Position numbers and translations under genes: made by a program. A DNA stretch of 62,692 nt, filler included, from Globobulimina sp. (Eukaryota), in assembly GCA_003354225.1 (NCBI GenBank). It is 31 parts of 31 records of this genome, joined end to end, with 100 filler letters (N's around TTAATTAATTAA, not from the genome) between each part and the next. Parts side by side here need not be neighbours in the genome. Positions count along the whole stretch, not along the records: positions 10,136 to 12,061 come from PIVH01010517.1; positions 12,162 to 14,087 come from PIVH01010518.1; positions 14,188 to 16,113 come from PIVH01010519.1; positions 16,214 to 18,139 come from PIVH01010520.1; positions 18,240 to 20,165 come from PIVH01010521.1; positions 20,266 to 22,191 come from PIVH01010522.1; positions 22,292 to 24,217 come from PIVH01010523.1; 24 more parts are not named here. One strand, given 5' to 3'. Below, piece after piece: positions 10,136-22,409 of this stretch. Under the pieces are notes generated by a model, which saw only the letters and a program-made list of their open reading frames with translations, did not search any database and was not told where the DNA came from. How positions within the stretch are numbered: the stretch's first letter is position 1; each line of letters begins with the position of its first letter.

Positions 10136-10979
10136 ACGTACCTAAAGTAATGGTTGTGTCAAACATAGAAGATGATGATGATGATGATGAATTACATGAA
10201 ATGTAAACATTGGCTATTTCGACATTATTCAGATGAATGATATCAGCAGAAATTAAATGCGTCGATGCATTTGTTGTTTGCGAGCATGAAAATGAAATAT
10301 TTATAAATCTACAATTATAACAAGTAAATTGTGTCTCAATGTGGCCAGAATAGCCCAATACGGTCAAATATGTAAAATGATAATGGTCCAGCATCAAATT
10401 AACGAAATTTATTTTTGGTACAAAATCACTGGCAAAGAAATCGATTTGATCAAAAAATGCAACATAATTATTCTTTGTAATTGAATTGATAATATATGGA
10501 TTATCGCATATTGCTGGATACCAATCACGCATAGATTTGATATAAACATCATCGAATATAATGGTAAATTCGACTGGTTTTGGGTAACAATAGTAATTAT
10601 TATTCGCATCACAGAGACTGTCAAATATAGGCTGTTTCGGCAAACATGGATGATAATGAATATAATCAGTACGATTAGTGTTGTTATTGTTGGTAATATT
10701 GGTGTTTATCAGAGTATCAATGTATAATTGTATTTCTGTTTCATTTTGTCCATCGATAATGTAAATTGTGGAGACATTATTCGGTAAATCTAATAAAGTC
10801 GAACCAAAGTAAAATGTACCACATGGATTATCAAATGAGCCACAGCTAATATTTCAGTTATTTTCTGAATCTATACCATTTTTGGATACATAAACAAATG
10901 TGCTATTGTTTATGTCGAATGATTTACTCAATTTAAACACCGATGTAATAATAAAAAGGAAAACCAATACAAAAGCCAT
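10136..10979 (-). pseudogene. Secreted beta-helix/pectin-lyase-like protein, 3'-partial, with an in-frame TGA at 10854..10856
   Basis: ATG at 10979 gives a signal peptide (MAFVLVFLFIITSVF), then FVYVSKNGIDSENN*NISCGSFDNPCGT, continuing in frame into the 10643 ORF. Confidence 0.55.
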
Positions 10980-12161
10980 TGTCAAAAATTAAAAACGTTC
11001 TATAGTATATATTGTTTTTGAGGTAGCGCGAGCGCCAACCTACTTTAACACATAAATTTTGTCGACTGTTGCAGCACGATGACATACAACAAGAGAGAAT
11101 ATCAAAGGTAGATAGAGTGCAATATCCAATGAACAAACTCTCACAGAAAAAACTGTTTGATCCAGTTTCTGTTCAACCAGGTATGTAAAGAATACAAACA
11201 CACAAAATAACACAATTCAACAATACAAAGTCAATAAAAAAAAAGAAATATCAAGTTAGCACTTATTTAACACCTCCAGACGCAAAAAAACGCAAATTTT
11301 ATTGACTGCACATAATATATTATTATCATTAAATAATAAAGTTTTGATCTTTTTGTGTTGTGCATGTTTTGTCTGTCATCTAAATGAAGATTAAAACAAA
11401 ATGACATTTAAAAGCTCTGATTTTTGTATTTTTGTTGGTTTCAGTAATTCGTGGTATAATAATATCAAAAATGAGGATTAAAGATTTTTATTTTGTTTGC
11501 AGATCCTCAATTAAAGTTTTTGAAAAATGTTTTTTTGGCCTAGTAGCGAAGTAGAATGGTTTTTCTTGCACATTAATATTTTCTGAGTCATTGTAGTGAT
11601 TGTAGTTAACAGTATTAATATGTGGATTGTGTTGATAATTTTTGTTTAATTAATCTGTGGATGAATCATCATCATCATCTTAGTCGTCTTAATCAGACGA
11701 GGATTCATCCTCTTCACTGCTATCACTTTCACCCAAATCAAACATATTTATGTTTACTTCAATTGAAACGACAGGAATTGGAACTGCATGCTTTTCATTT
11801 TTGGTAAAAGTTTTGAAGCATTTTGTGCTAAAGTGATCTAGTTTAAGCATGTCGGTTTTAGCACTAGATAAGCACAGAAGAAAGGCAGGTAATAATAAAT
11901 TATATTAATATACATATACTGTATATAATTATTAAATTAACATAAACCCAAAGGTCCATTATCATCACTATCACCATCTAATCCAGCCCGTGTTGTTGCG
12001 AATAACCCCGCTCCCTCAACGATTGGAGCAGTGATTGGAACGCAAATATTTAATTCTGCATNNNNNNNNNNNNNNNNNNNNNNNNNNNNNNNNNNNNNNN
12101 NNNNNTTAATTAATTAANNNNNNNNNNNNNNNNNNNNNNNNNNNNNNNNNNNNNNNNNNNN

Positions 12162-13136
12162 TTTAACCAATAACATTTTAGCAATATAATCTTCATCAAA
12201 CCGTGGCTCAAAATGCATATATTCTCGAAATCGTTCTCTTTCATCATCTCTTTGTTTAATTAGTTTCTTATATTCATTTAACAGTGCATCATTCTCTCGT
12301 TCTCTCCATTCATTTAACTTTTCGCCATCGATGACTTTGCCACTATCATTTTCATCCACTAACCTTTGAATTAATGCATTTAATCCATTGTTTAACATTT
12401 TTGTATCATATTTTATATCACACTCATTATGTTTATTATTATCCACAATTTGCAACACATCGCCACTCATAAACTGCTCACTTAAATAGTCAGTGCGATA
12501 AATTCCACTTAAATAATCTTCAATTGATGCAATTAAATGTTTTGCTTCTTGTAAACGTACACATTTTGTATTAAACTTTGTTCCATCAATCAAAACATAC
12601 GCTTTGTCTTTATATGTTTCATCTGTTTCTATGCAAATATTTAATTCATTTAATGTACCAATACTTGATACTTCCCATCGTTTACGACTGCTTTGATCAA
12701 TTATATAAAATGTATTTGTTTCTACATTTATAATGATAATAAAGGTCAGCCATTGCTCTTTATGATACATTATGATTCTTAGCATAAGCATTGAGGTTAA
12801 ATATACCACAAATATAAAAATACAAATAAGTGCTATCCATGACATTATTCTACCAATATACTCATTTTCTGTCATCAGCCATGATATAGCAAATAATATA
12901 GCCGTTAAACATAATAATATACATAAACATGTTTTGCATCGTGGTGTCCATCCATATATATTTTCATCCGATTTCAATATAAATTTCTTTCCTGATGGCA
13001 TTGTATCAGATGTTTGTCCACTTTCATTTGGTATTTCAATATCTGACTGTGACAGTAATACTGCATTTTCTGATTCATCATCTTCGTTAAAGTTCATCAC
13101 TATTGTTCGATTTCCGGCACTATTAACGATGATCAC
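12162..13136 (-). CDS. Hypothetical membrane protein (2 TM plus coiled coil), 3'-partial
   Basis: Long ORF with two hydrophobic helices; no family recognised. Confidence 0.5.
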
Positions 13137-13222
13137 CTCAGAGCACAGACACGGATAAATAAACTAAAAAAGTTAATTAAATAGTTTGACCGCCAATAGT
13201 TTGACCGCCAATAATTTGTTTA

Positions 13223-14087
13223 TCAAAGTTTCGAAACAATTTCCATTGTCTTGTAAGGATACAGTCTGTTATATTGATTCAACACTTTATACATTGTAGA
13301 ACCTTTTTTAGCACTCACCATAATTCTTTGCAAGAATGTTGGATCATTTTCTTTATCCACATCACATGCAACATCAGTCTCATCACCCAATTGGTCATAC
13401 AAATAGTCGCCATGCAGTACAGTCAGTATATCCTTATCAGGCCACCTCACTGCTAACTTGAATCGTAATATACAAACATCTCTCTTAAAATATGCATTTC
13501 TCCATTCATTCACCAAACATTTCTCAATAAAAATCAGTTGGTAAAACTCTGCTAATTGCATGCCTGTAACCATAGGGATTGTTGCATATTTTTTAATCTT
13601 ACGTGGTCCAAAAGCATCCTGTATCTGAACCCAATCAATCCGAAAGATTTCCTTTCCCAAAGCATTAACAATCTGTCCATCACCATCACTATCACCATCT
13701 GTCGCAACCAATGCATCATTTTTATCAATTATTGCTAAATAAAAATGTGCGTCCCATCGTTTGGAAGTGCCCATCGCCAGAAACGGTGTTTGAATCCTTC
13801 CCCATGGAACCATGCATAATATATCAGGCACCATATCAATGGCTTTGAACAAAGCAATAAATTGATGGGAATCGTTCATTATTTTATATCTCCATTCAGT
13901 AACATCCAAATTATGACTCCTGTTGTCAAATATTGATGCTTTGATTGGATATAAGATATTTTTAGAGGCAGCAAAAGAATTTATTTCATTCTTCGAGCGA
14001 GCTAACAAAATGCCGGTTTCTTCAAACAATTCGCGTAATCCATTCAATCGAAACATAATGTCGTCGAAGGAAAAATGATATTTAGTA
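13223..14087 (-). CDS. Nudix hydrolase, NUDT19 (acyl-CoA diphosphatase)-like, 5'-partial
   Basis: Nudix box end LRELFEETGILLA; WRYKIMNDSHQF, PDILCMVPWGRIQTP, KRWDAHFYLA; ends in SKL (PTS1 peroxisomal signal). Confidence 0.8.
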
Positions 14088-14187
14088 NNNNNNNNNNNNN
14101 NNNNNNNNNNNNNNNNNNNNNNNNNNNNNNNTTAATTAATTAANNNNNNNNNNNNNNNNNNNNNNNNNNNNNNNNNNNNNNNNNNNN

Positions 14188-15350
14188 GCTGCCCAAGCAT
14201 TCTGTCAAGATTCCTGTGATTCCAATTTAGCGACTATTCAAGATGCAGCGCAATATGGATTGGCACGCTCTGTGATTAATAAATCAACCACTGATAATGT
14301 CTGGATTGGGCTGAAATACATGACAGATGATCATAATCATGGCGAATGGGCCTATTTGTGGATTGATCACACGCTCTTTAACTACACTCCTGCTAATTAC
14401 ACATGGACACAATTGCAACACCAATGCATTTGCATGTCACCAAATGGCGAATGGCAAGAACAAAATTGCTCGGTGCCACTATCATTTCTATGCAATAGCT
14501 GCTGGATGGATGAAAGTGAAGAAATGGAAACTAAAACAGTTTTAGCAATAGTTTTAGGAAGTGTTGGTTATTGTTTTTGTTGTATTGTCGTTGTTTTGTG
14601 GTGCCACAAAAACAAACCTTTCAGAGAGCAACTTCTCAGCTTAAATGACATAATGTACAACAAAGTAAAACGTACATTAAATGCCGGAGTTCCAGGCGCA
14701 GAAAAGGATGATAAGCTGACAGATTTAAGGAAAATAGCGTCTGCGTCAAATAGTGAAAAAGATATTAAAACAAGTATATTTATGTTATTTTTGTTTTTGT
14801 TTTTGTCATATTATGTGCAGAATATGTTTCATTTGTAGCTATGAGCGATGAAGGAAATGTTGATCAGGGAATGGTAGAAGGTGTACAAGCGGAGGGACAT
14901 ACACAGCTGACCAAAATTGAAAGTGCCGTTCATTTGGATGTCAATCCAGTTGGTGTTGATAATGACAATAATGAGAAAAAAGAAGCTGTAATATTGGATT
15001 GTATGTTGTCAGATGTTATGAAAATGTCAAGTTTGGATCCAAATAAAATAGACGCAGTGTATTCGAATGAAGCAGAAAATAAAAACGAGAATGAATCAGA
15101 TTCAGATTCAGATACAGATAATATGTATCAGGAAGAGAATAATGCTGAAAAGGAAGAGGAGAAACCAAGAGAGGGAAATGATGCATATTTGAATCTAAAA
15201 GCAGGAGATGATAAGAATGTGCATATACCGGATGTAAAGTTATCGAAAATGGAGAGTTTAGCTATAGACACAAATGGAATGGAAGATGTGTTAGATAACA
15301 TAGAGGATATATTTAATGAAAATAATGAGAATGAGTCTGGGGACACATAA
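14188..15350 (+). CDS. C-type lectin domain type I membrane protein, 5'-partial (intron 14774..14838)
   Basis: AQAFCQ..LATIQD..VWIGL..WID..CICM..GEWQEQNCSVPLSFLCN, then a TM helix and an acidic tail; the GT-AG intron joins the two ORFs in frame. Confidence 0.8.
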
Positions 15351-15552
15351 TTACAGTGAATCATTCATGCAATTGTTGTTATTGTATAATTATATCTATA
15401 TTCAAATTATTCAGCTGTAGCGCGATCATACGTTTATTTTTTTGATTGTCACGATTCTGTTTCTATGAATTTCAAAAAAACGGAAAAATTAAAATGTTCG
15501 CGGTAAAACAATAACATTGAATAACAACAAAAAAAACCCAAAAAAAAACAAT

Positions 15553-16113
15553 ATGAGTCATGGCAATCGACACCAAAGTGTTGCTTCCGGCTCAACAACG
15601 GGCGCACACGAATATTCAACATTTTCTACATCAACCATTCGTCTGCCCAGACTTGATGATTATAAAAATAAAGTGTGCAAATACTGCTGTTTTTTATGCC
15701 GCTTATCATCGTCATTGATATTGCATCCTGTTGGTCCATTCCGTTGCTCGTTTGATATGGTTGTCATGTTGTTATTAATCTATACATCCATTGAAATACC
15801 GTATATTATGTCATTTGGAGAATCTGCAAACAGTAAATATATTGGTTTATTTGTGGACTGCTTTCTGTTCATTGATATCATTTTGAACTTTCAGACGGCA
15901 TATTTCGATAAATATGACCGATTGCGGTTAGTAACAAATAAAAAACGTATTTGTAAAAACTATTTGCGAACCTGGTTCATTATCGATGCAATAACCTGTA
16001 TCCCATTCGAATTAATCCCAAACGAACAGAATTATCATTATATCAAAGCACTTCGCGTATTTAGATTCTTTCGTATTATTAAAATATTACGTTTTCTAAA
16101 GTTGCTGCGAACA
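15553..16113 (+). CDS. EAG/HCN/CNG-like voltage-gated cation channel (S1-S4), 3'-partial
   Basis: ILHPVGPFRCSFDMVVMLLLIY, VDCFLFIDIILNFQTAY, ICKNYLRTWFIIDAITCIPFE, S4 LRVFRFFRIIKILRFLKLLR. Confidence 0.9.
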
Positions 16114-16213
16114 NNNNNNNNNNNNNNNNNNNNNNNNNNNNNNNNNNNNNNNNNNNNTTAATTAATTAANNNNNNNNNNNNNNNNNNNNNNNNNNNNNNN
16201 NNNNNNNNNNNNN

Positions 16214-16665
16214 TTTTTATGTACGTTTGGAATTGAGGCAACTTTATTGTTTATTTTATGTGCGTGTCTGTGGTAATTTGGCGTTATTGTATTGCTTCGA
16301 GTGGAGGCATTCGATGCTGTGACAGTGGAGGCAGTTACATATCCTTCATGATATGATAATGATTCTGACGAATTTGAACGACATATATCTAATGGTACAT
16401 GATTAATATTACTGTTTGGTTTTATATTTGGTGATAACTGTTTTTTAATGTCTTTTGTTTTTTTGGCAGTTATTTTCGTTTTTCTCCGTGATTTTGTGGC
16501 AGGTTTTTTAATATTTATGTTTGATTTTGTAGAGAGTCTTGATTTGATGCGTTTGTGTTTATGTTGTAATTCTGTGTTTATGTCGGTGGTTGGTGCAGTT
16601 CCACCACATATTTGGGGAATGAATGATTTGATGTAGTCTTGTGGTGCGGGAGTAGTGTTTCCCAT
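16214..16665 (-). CDS. Hypothetical protein with possible N-myristoylation (MGNTT), 3'-partial
   Basis: Open frame starting MGNTTPAPQDY, basic and low-complexity. Confidence 0.45.
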
Positions 16666-16762
16666 GTTGTTGACATGCAAATTGCAAAAGTTAGTTCGTT
16701 TTTAGTAGTTTGTAGTTATTCGCTTTTAAAACCAGACATTCCTTTTTTTCAAACGCAACTTT

Positions 16763-17347
16763 TCATTTGAATTCGTTTTGTTGTTTCATGCAAAGATATA
16801 TCAATGAAAATGCAGCAGCTTTTGTTCCATCATTCAACAACAACCATCCAAAATTATCCATTTTACGATGATTTCTTACGCCATTTAAATATCCAAATGC
16901 ATTTAACACAATCAACAATTTCCACCATTTGGATGATTTATTTGCCTTTTCATTAAATGCAACAAATGAATAACATGCCCCAGCCATTAATATTACAAAT
17001 TGTAATAAACTGTCTTGTTTCTTGAATACAGCAGAGTTTGAAGGCGCTGTTTTATCCCATAACGGTATCACTGCGATGTCATACAATGCATTCCCAACTA
17101 AAAATGATTTAATATCTGATTGTGATAATGTATTTTGCCACCATTTAACACAAATATAACTAACTGATGAAACAGTCCACGTTTCTACAAATGAAACCAA
17201 AGTAATGTAACTTCGATAGATTGTTTTTGAACGTAACTCATCAATAACATAGCATTGGAGACATCTGTCGACGACGACATACGTATACTGTAAGTAAGTT
17301 TTGTTTAGCTTTTGTGACTCGCTTAATTTATTTAACCACCACTCCAT
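16763..17347 (-). CDS. Hypothetical multi-pass membrane protein
   Basis: 194-aa ORF with several hydrophobic segments; no family recognised. Confidence 0.5.
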   Translation of the reverse strand: MEWWLNKLSESQKLNKTYLQYTYVVVDRCLQCYVIDELRSKTIYRSYITLVSFVETWTVSSVSYICVKWWQNTLSQSDIKSFLVGNALYDIAVIPLWDKTAPSNSAVFKKQDSLLQFVILMAGACYSFVAFNEKANKSSKWWKLLIVLNAFGYLNGVRNHRKMDNFGWLLLNDGTKAAAFSLIYLCMKQQNEFK

Positions 17348-17569
17348 ATAAGAATCTATCGTTTAGTAACAAGACATGAATGATTTCAAAATGTAACTGA
17401 ACAATCGTAAAAACAAAAAAGTAGTTAAAATACAAAAAACAACAAACATAAAAAATGAACATGCAAAAAACAAATGTCCACTATACACTAAAACTAAAGT
17501 GATCAATTTTAACAAAGACATACACTAAAACTAATAAAGCGTATACACTATATACAAAAGTTAAAATAA

Positions 17570-18139
17570 TTAATCAAAACCAGTTTCTTCATCACCAGCT
17601 TGACCGCGGCCGGTATTTGCATCCCCATCATCACTTGACATATCTTCAGAATTTGATTTCATTTGCTTCAAATCAGCTGCTTCTATACTGTCCCCTGCAT
17701 GTTTATCAGTGGAAATACCAGCAACACCCTTTTCTTTTTTTGGTTTAATCACAAAACACCACAACAACAATATACAAATAATTAACGCAACAACAGCAGC
17801 AACAGAAATACCAGCAATAGCACCTTTTTGTTTATTTTGTTTTTAATTATATAAACTTATAAAGCAAATTGTATACAATATATACCTGTACTTAATGCGC
17901 CTTGGTCGTCGTTATCATCATCATCTGTGGTAGGCACGGTGCTGGGATGGGAGGTTGGTTCGACAGTTGGCTCAGTAGTTGGATTGGACGTAGGTTCCAT
18001 GGTTGGTTCTGTAGTTGGAATATACGTTGGCATAAAAGTTGGCTCCGCAGAGGGCATGGTGGGACTCATCGTATTATTTGCAATCGGAGCTAGAGTCTGC
18101 GTACAATTCTCACAGAAGGTGCCACCGCAAATATTTAAG
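17570..18139 (-). CDS. PT-repeat (PTxxPT) type I membrane protein, 5'-partial (intron 17824..17885)
   Basis: PTFMPTYIPTTEPTMEPTSNPTTEPT, spliced to the TM helix GAIAGISVAAVVALIICILLLWCF followed by a basic stop-transfer. Confidence 0.75.
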
Positions 18140-18239
18140 NNNNNNNNNNNNNNNNNNNNNNNNNNNNNNNNNNNNNNNNNNNNTTAATTAATTAANNNNN
18201 NNNNNNNNNNNNNNNNNNNNNNNNNNNNNNNNNNNNNNN

Positions 18240-20070
18240 ATCAGGAACTGGCGGTGTGGTCGCATCGAGACTGGCAGAGCAAAAACATAAAGTATTACTA
18301 ATTGAAGCTGGTCCTAACGATTTGACCTATTCCTGCGCCTATAATAATGCTACATGTATCGCTTCGCCATTCGGTGGTCTTATGGCTGGAACACCATTAC
18401 TTCCGTTCAAATCCAATTGGTGGTACAGTGGCGTCGACGCTTTCCGGTGGAAGGATGCTGTATCGATGCCGTCATATTGGAACTACAATAAAACATATTT
18501 GAATTTTACAGAAAACTTGTCTCGCGCTAGAATGTTAGGGGGCTGTTTATCCCATAACAGTCAAGTTTGGTAAAGAGGGAGTGTCCGCGATTTCGATTAT
18601 GTTTCATGGAAATATAAATTGCCAGATTGGTCATTTGAAAATGTATTGCCATACTTCCAGCGCTCCGAGAGATATTTTGGTGAAAATAAAACACTTCGCG
18701 GTGCAGATGGACCGATTCATTTAATGCCTAGAAATATACACAAATGGCAGTATCCAATGAATGCTTTATTTAATGCGGCTATACAATCCGGTCTGGAATA
18801 CAATAATCACCAAAATGGCCATTTCAGCCAAGTTGGAATCGGTTTCATTGAATCCAACATTGCAAAATATGAAAATGATACGTTTGGTTTGTTTAATACA
18901 ACGCATTATCGGTCATCCTCGGCACAATCATATATTCGAGATATTGGGATAAGATCTGTATATTTGACAGTTTGGTATAATACAACAGTTCAAAGGATAT
19001 TATTTGACGATAATAAGAATGCAGTCGGTGTCGAATATTATGATCCAAACAACTCTTCCAATTTAAGCTCAATGTATTGCAGCAAAGAAGTTATTTTATC
19101 GGCTGGCACCTATCAATCGCCTCAATTATTAATGCTATCCGGCATTGGACCATCTGAAGAATTGAATAAATTCAATATTACAGCAGTTTACACCAATAAT
19201 CATATTGGCAGATATGGTCAGAATCATCCGTACGGAGTGTACCGCACAGGTTTGAATATGTCATATTATGACAATATGGCTCATGAAAGACCTACAAAGC
19301 ATACAATATGGAACACATTATTAAATACAAGGGAATATTTCGATATTCCTGGAGGATTAATCATGTTTTTATCGTCTGGAAAATATGATCGTTTGGGATT
19401 GGATTATGCAGACATTCGATTATTACAAATGCAGACATCTGGTCCAGACAATGGCAGATTTGCAGTTTATATGGATCCAGCTATTTACTCCCAAAATTTA
19501 AGCATAAAATTGAAGAGTTTGGATGCCAGAATGTATCCGGACGTTTATCCAAATTATTATTCTGATTCGCGGGATTATGATCAAATGATGACTGCAGTAT
19601 TTGCGGTAAGAAATATATTATTTGGGCCAAATACGGACGAAAATATGTTTGTTGATGACCCATTTTGGAGCAACGCGTCATCCATTCAAGAATGGAGAGA
19701 TTTGATTTGGAAAAATGGCATTTCGGGAGCGCATCCTATAGGAACTGTTGCGATGGGATCGGATTCTGTTTATCCCGTTGATACTAAGTGTGCTTTAAAG
19801 GGAGTGCATAATTTACGGATTGTTGATGTTTCGATATGGCCTGAATCCACAAACAGTGGCACTATGTCTTTAGCACATATGATTGGTGAGAAATGTGCAA
19901 AACATATTATCGATGATCATAAAAATGATGGTGAAAGTTGGTGGGACAAAAATCAAATCTATGTTATCATCGCAATTATTGTAGTTTTATTGGTAATTGT
20001 GTCAATGATATTTATTGTATATAAATGTTATGTAAAAAATAAATCCAGCGTAGTGTTGATAGGTGGTTAG
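18240..20070 (+). CDS. GMC oxidoreductase (choline dehydrogenase/glucose oxidase family) with C-terminal TM anchor; in-frame TAA at 18571..18573
   Basis: SGTGGVVASRLAE..VLLIEAG (FAD binding), RARMLGGCLSHNSQVW*RGS, EVILSAGTYQSPQLLMLSGIGP, AHPIGTVAMG, LRIVDVSIWP...SGT...MIGEK. Confidence 0.9.
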
Positions 20071-20458
20071 AACACCATTTTGACACTTGTGCGTGGCTAC
20101 GTTTTCGATAACACTTTGCACTGATAACGCAACGGTGATAACGGATAACGTGATCACGACATGTGNNNNNNNNNNNNNNNNNNNNNNNNNNNNNNNNNNN
20201 NNNNNNNNNTTAATTAATTAANNNNNNNNNNNNNNNNNNNNNNNNNNNNNNNNNNNNNNNNNNNNGTACTAATATGCGTACCTCTTATCGGGAACACTAC
20301 TGTATACATTTTTTTTGTGATTATGAAATCTCACCTTCAAATCTCACAGTGAGATTAATAAATGAGATCATAAATAATATTGAACAATTATGAGATGTAA
20401 TTATGAGTAACAACATACATCATTAAAATAAAAATAACATCAACATCTTTTAAACATA

Positions 20459-21254
20459 ATGATTGACATCACAGAAGCAGACCAACTTTGTTCAATTATC
20501 CAAAAATATGAATCAACCCAATTCTTACGAAAAGCAGTATCTGCATCAATGATGATCGTAGTGGAAAGATTCTGTATTCAATATCATAAAGACATTAAAG
20601 GATTTTTAAAACGTATTAGCCGCAAAGTATGGTACATTAATGAGACAAAAAAACCAATGGGATGTGGAATCAAAACGAATCGATTGGCTTTCAAAAGGTA
20701 AAAATCTGTATAATTTGGAATGTGCAATGGAATCAAATATAATTGAATGGAAACAATTGGTGAAATATTCTGGTCTGGAATTATTACAATCCAGTATGGC
20801 AGCAACACATAAGATATTTGAAGAACGCGTGGCCAAACAAGAAAGAGATGATGCTGAAGCAAGAAAGAAGCTACTGGAGTATAATGCTACGGACCAAAAG
20901 GTGAATGAACAGAATGATGATACAGACGAAGTGGTCGAACAGAAAGAGGAGATTGCTATGGGCCAACAAGTGGTTGATGATGACGTGAATATGTTAAGTG
21001 AAAACATATCTGGTTTAGATTTGAATGAAAACGAAAATATTGAATTGAAAGAAAGATGTCAATTATTAAAAGAAGAAAATAAAATATTAAAAGATAAAGT
21101 AATTAAAATAAAAGAAGAAAATGAAATATTAAAAAAAGAATTAAAAAAATTTTCACCAAAAAATTTTGATGAAAAATTAAATTTTTTTCCATCAAATAAT
21201 TATTATGAAGAAAATAATTATGATGATTTGGATGGATCTGATTTTGAATTGTAA
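20459..21254 (+). CDS. Hypothetical coiled-coil protein, probably one gene split by a frameshift in an A-run near 20647-20653
   Basis: ORFs 20459..20701 and 20640..21254 overlap across GAGACAAAAAAACCAATGG; coiled-coil C-terminus. Confidence 0.4.
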
Positions 21255-21343
21255 AAAGTATGTAGTTAAATGTGGCTACTCATTGTTTATTTAAGAAGGG
21301 AAAACGAAATAAGTGTTAATTATTATTGTATCGTTGCGTGTTG

Positions 21344-21940
21344 CTATACTTTGGTGGCATCCGGTATACCTCCTCATACATCTCCACTATGACTTACTCA
21401 CAATGTTACTATACTTTGGTGGCATCCGGTATACCTCCTTCGTGTAGCTACTATGGATCGGTCGAGTCATTAATTGGTAACTAGTCTCTCCCCAAATTAT
21501 ACTCGAATCTTGTCTGTGTATGGTGACACTCCATTGTGGTGACGATCGTTTACACAGCTCGACGCGGACATTGGATAGAGATGATGCCTCATAATTGGGA
21601 GAAGGTGAACATGTCAACCTTTGGTGTCTATGCCGTAAGTAGCATAGTAGACCTCGAGTTTCAATGGTTTCTCTTATTCCATATACAATAATAGAACTAC
21701 TATATATACCCACACTTTCTTTCTGATTTTGACTTGTGGGAATATGTTTTGAGCACGAATGGTGATGGCGATGAACCAAGATAATTTTGAGCACAAATGG
21801 TGATAAATAATGAACCGAGTTAATTGTTGGTGAAATTATTGGTGAAATTGTTGGTGAAATTGTTGGTAAAATTGTTGGTGAAAATTGTTGGTAATTTGCG
21901 AAAAGGTGTGTCGAGGGCGAGGCGAGGCGAGGCGACGGGC
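21344..21940. repeat. Cluster of direct and tandem repeats
   Basis: CTATACTTTGGTGGCATCCGGTATACCTCCT x2 (about 21344, 21409); TTTTGAGCAC(G/A)AATGGTGAT x2 (about 21747, 21786); 12-mer TTGTTGGTGAAA x5-6 (21824-21891); GGCGA x4 (about 21916-21935). Confidence 0.85.
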
Positions 21941-22409
21941 CAGGCGAGCCAGTCCACCATCTTCCCCCACAGAATAAAACCGACCCGAATTTCTGTCTTC
22001 ACTCGTCACTAACTTGCAGATACATTTATAACTTGCAATTTATTATTTATCAATTTATTTAATTCAAATTTAACCTTTCCTCTCATCTCACAAATCATTG
22101 ACGTACCACCGGATAACATAATACCATCTGACAACATATCATTTATATCAACCAAATTGCTGCATTTATTGATGGAATCATATATTAATGANNNNNNNNN
22201 NNNNNNNNNNNNNNNNNNNNNNNNNNNNNNNNNNNTTAATTAATTAANNNNNNNNNNNNNNNNNNNNNNNNNNNNNNNNNNNNNNNNNNNNCTTAAAGGT
22301 TGTGTTTCATCGGGAACCATTAACATTTTATTATTAACCTATTTTCCTTCCGAATGTTGGTAAATAAAAATAGATCAAATTCCATTGTTTTTTAATTTGT
22401 ACATAAAAA

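Noticed and set aside
13181-13213. 15-nt tandem duplication ATAGTTTGACCGCCA x2 as a regulatory site
   Set aside because: A single occurrence with no evidence of function.
18571-18573. Genome-wide ciliate-type TAA=Gln code
   Set aside because: OTU1, the esterase, a SPRY gene and others end at TAA exactly where homology ends, and long AT-rich ORFs lack internal TAA.
21824-21891. 12-nt array as a CRISPR, and the ORFs LLVKLLVK / FTNNFTNN
   Set aside because: Tandem units without unique spacers and no cas genes; the ORFs are by-products of the repeat.
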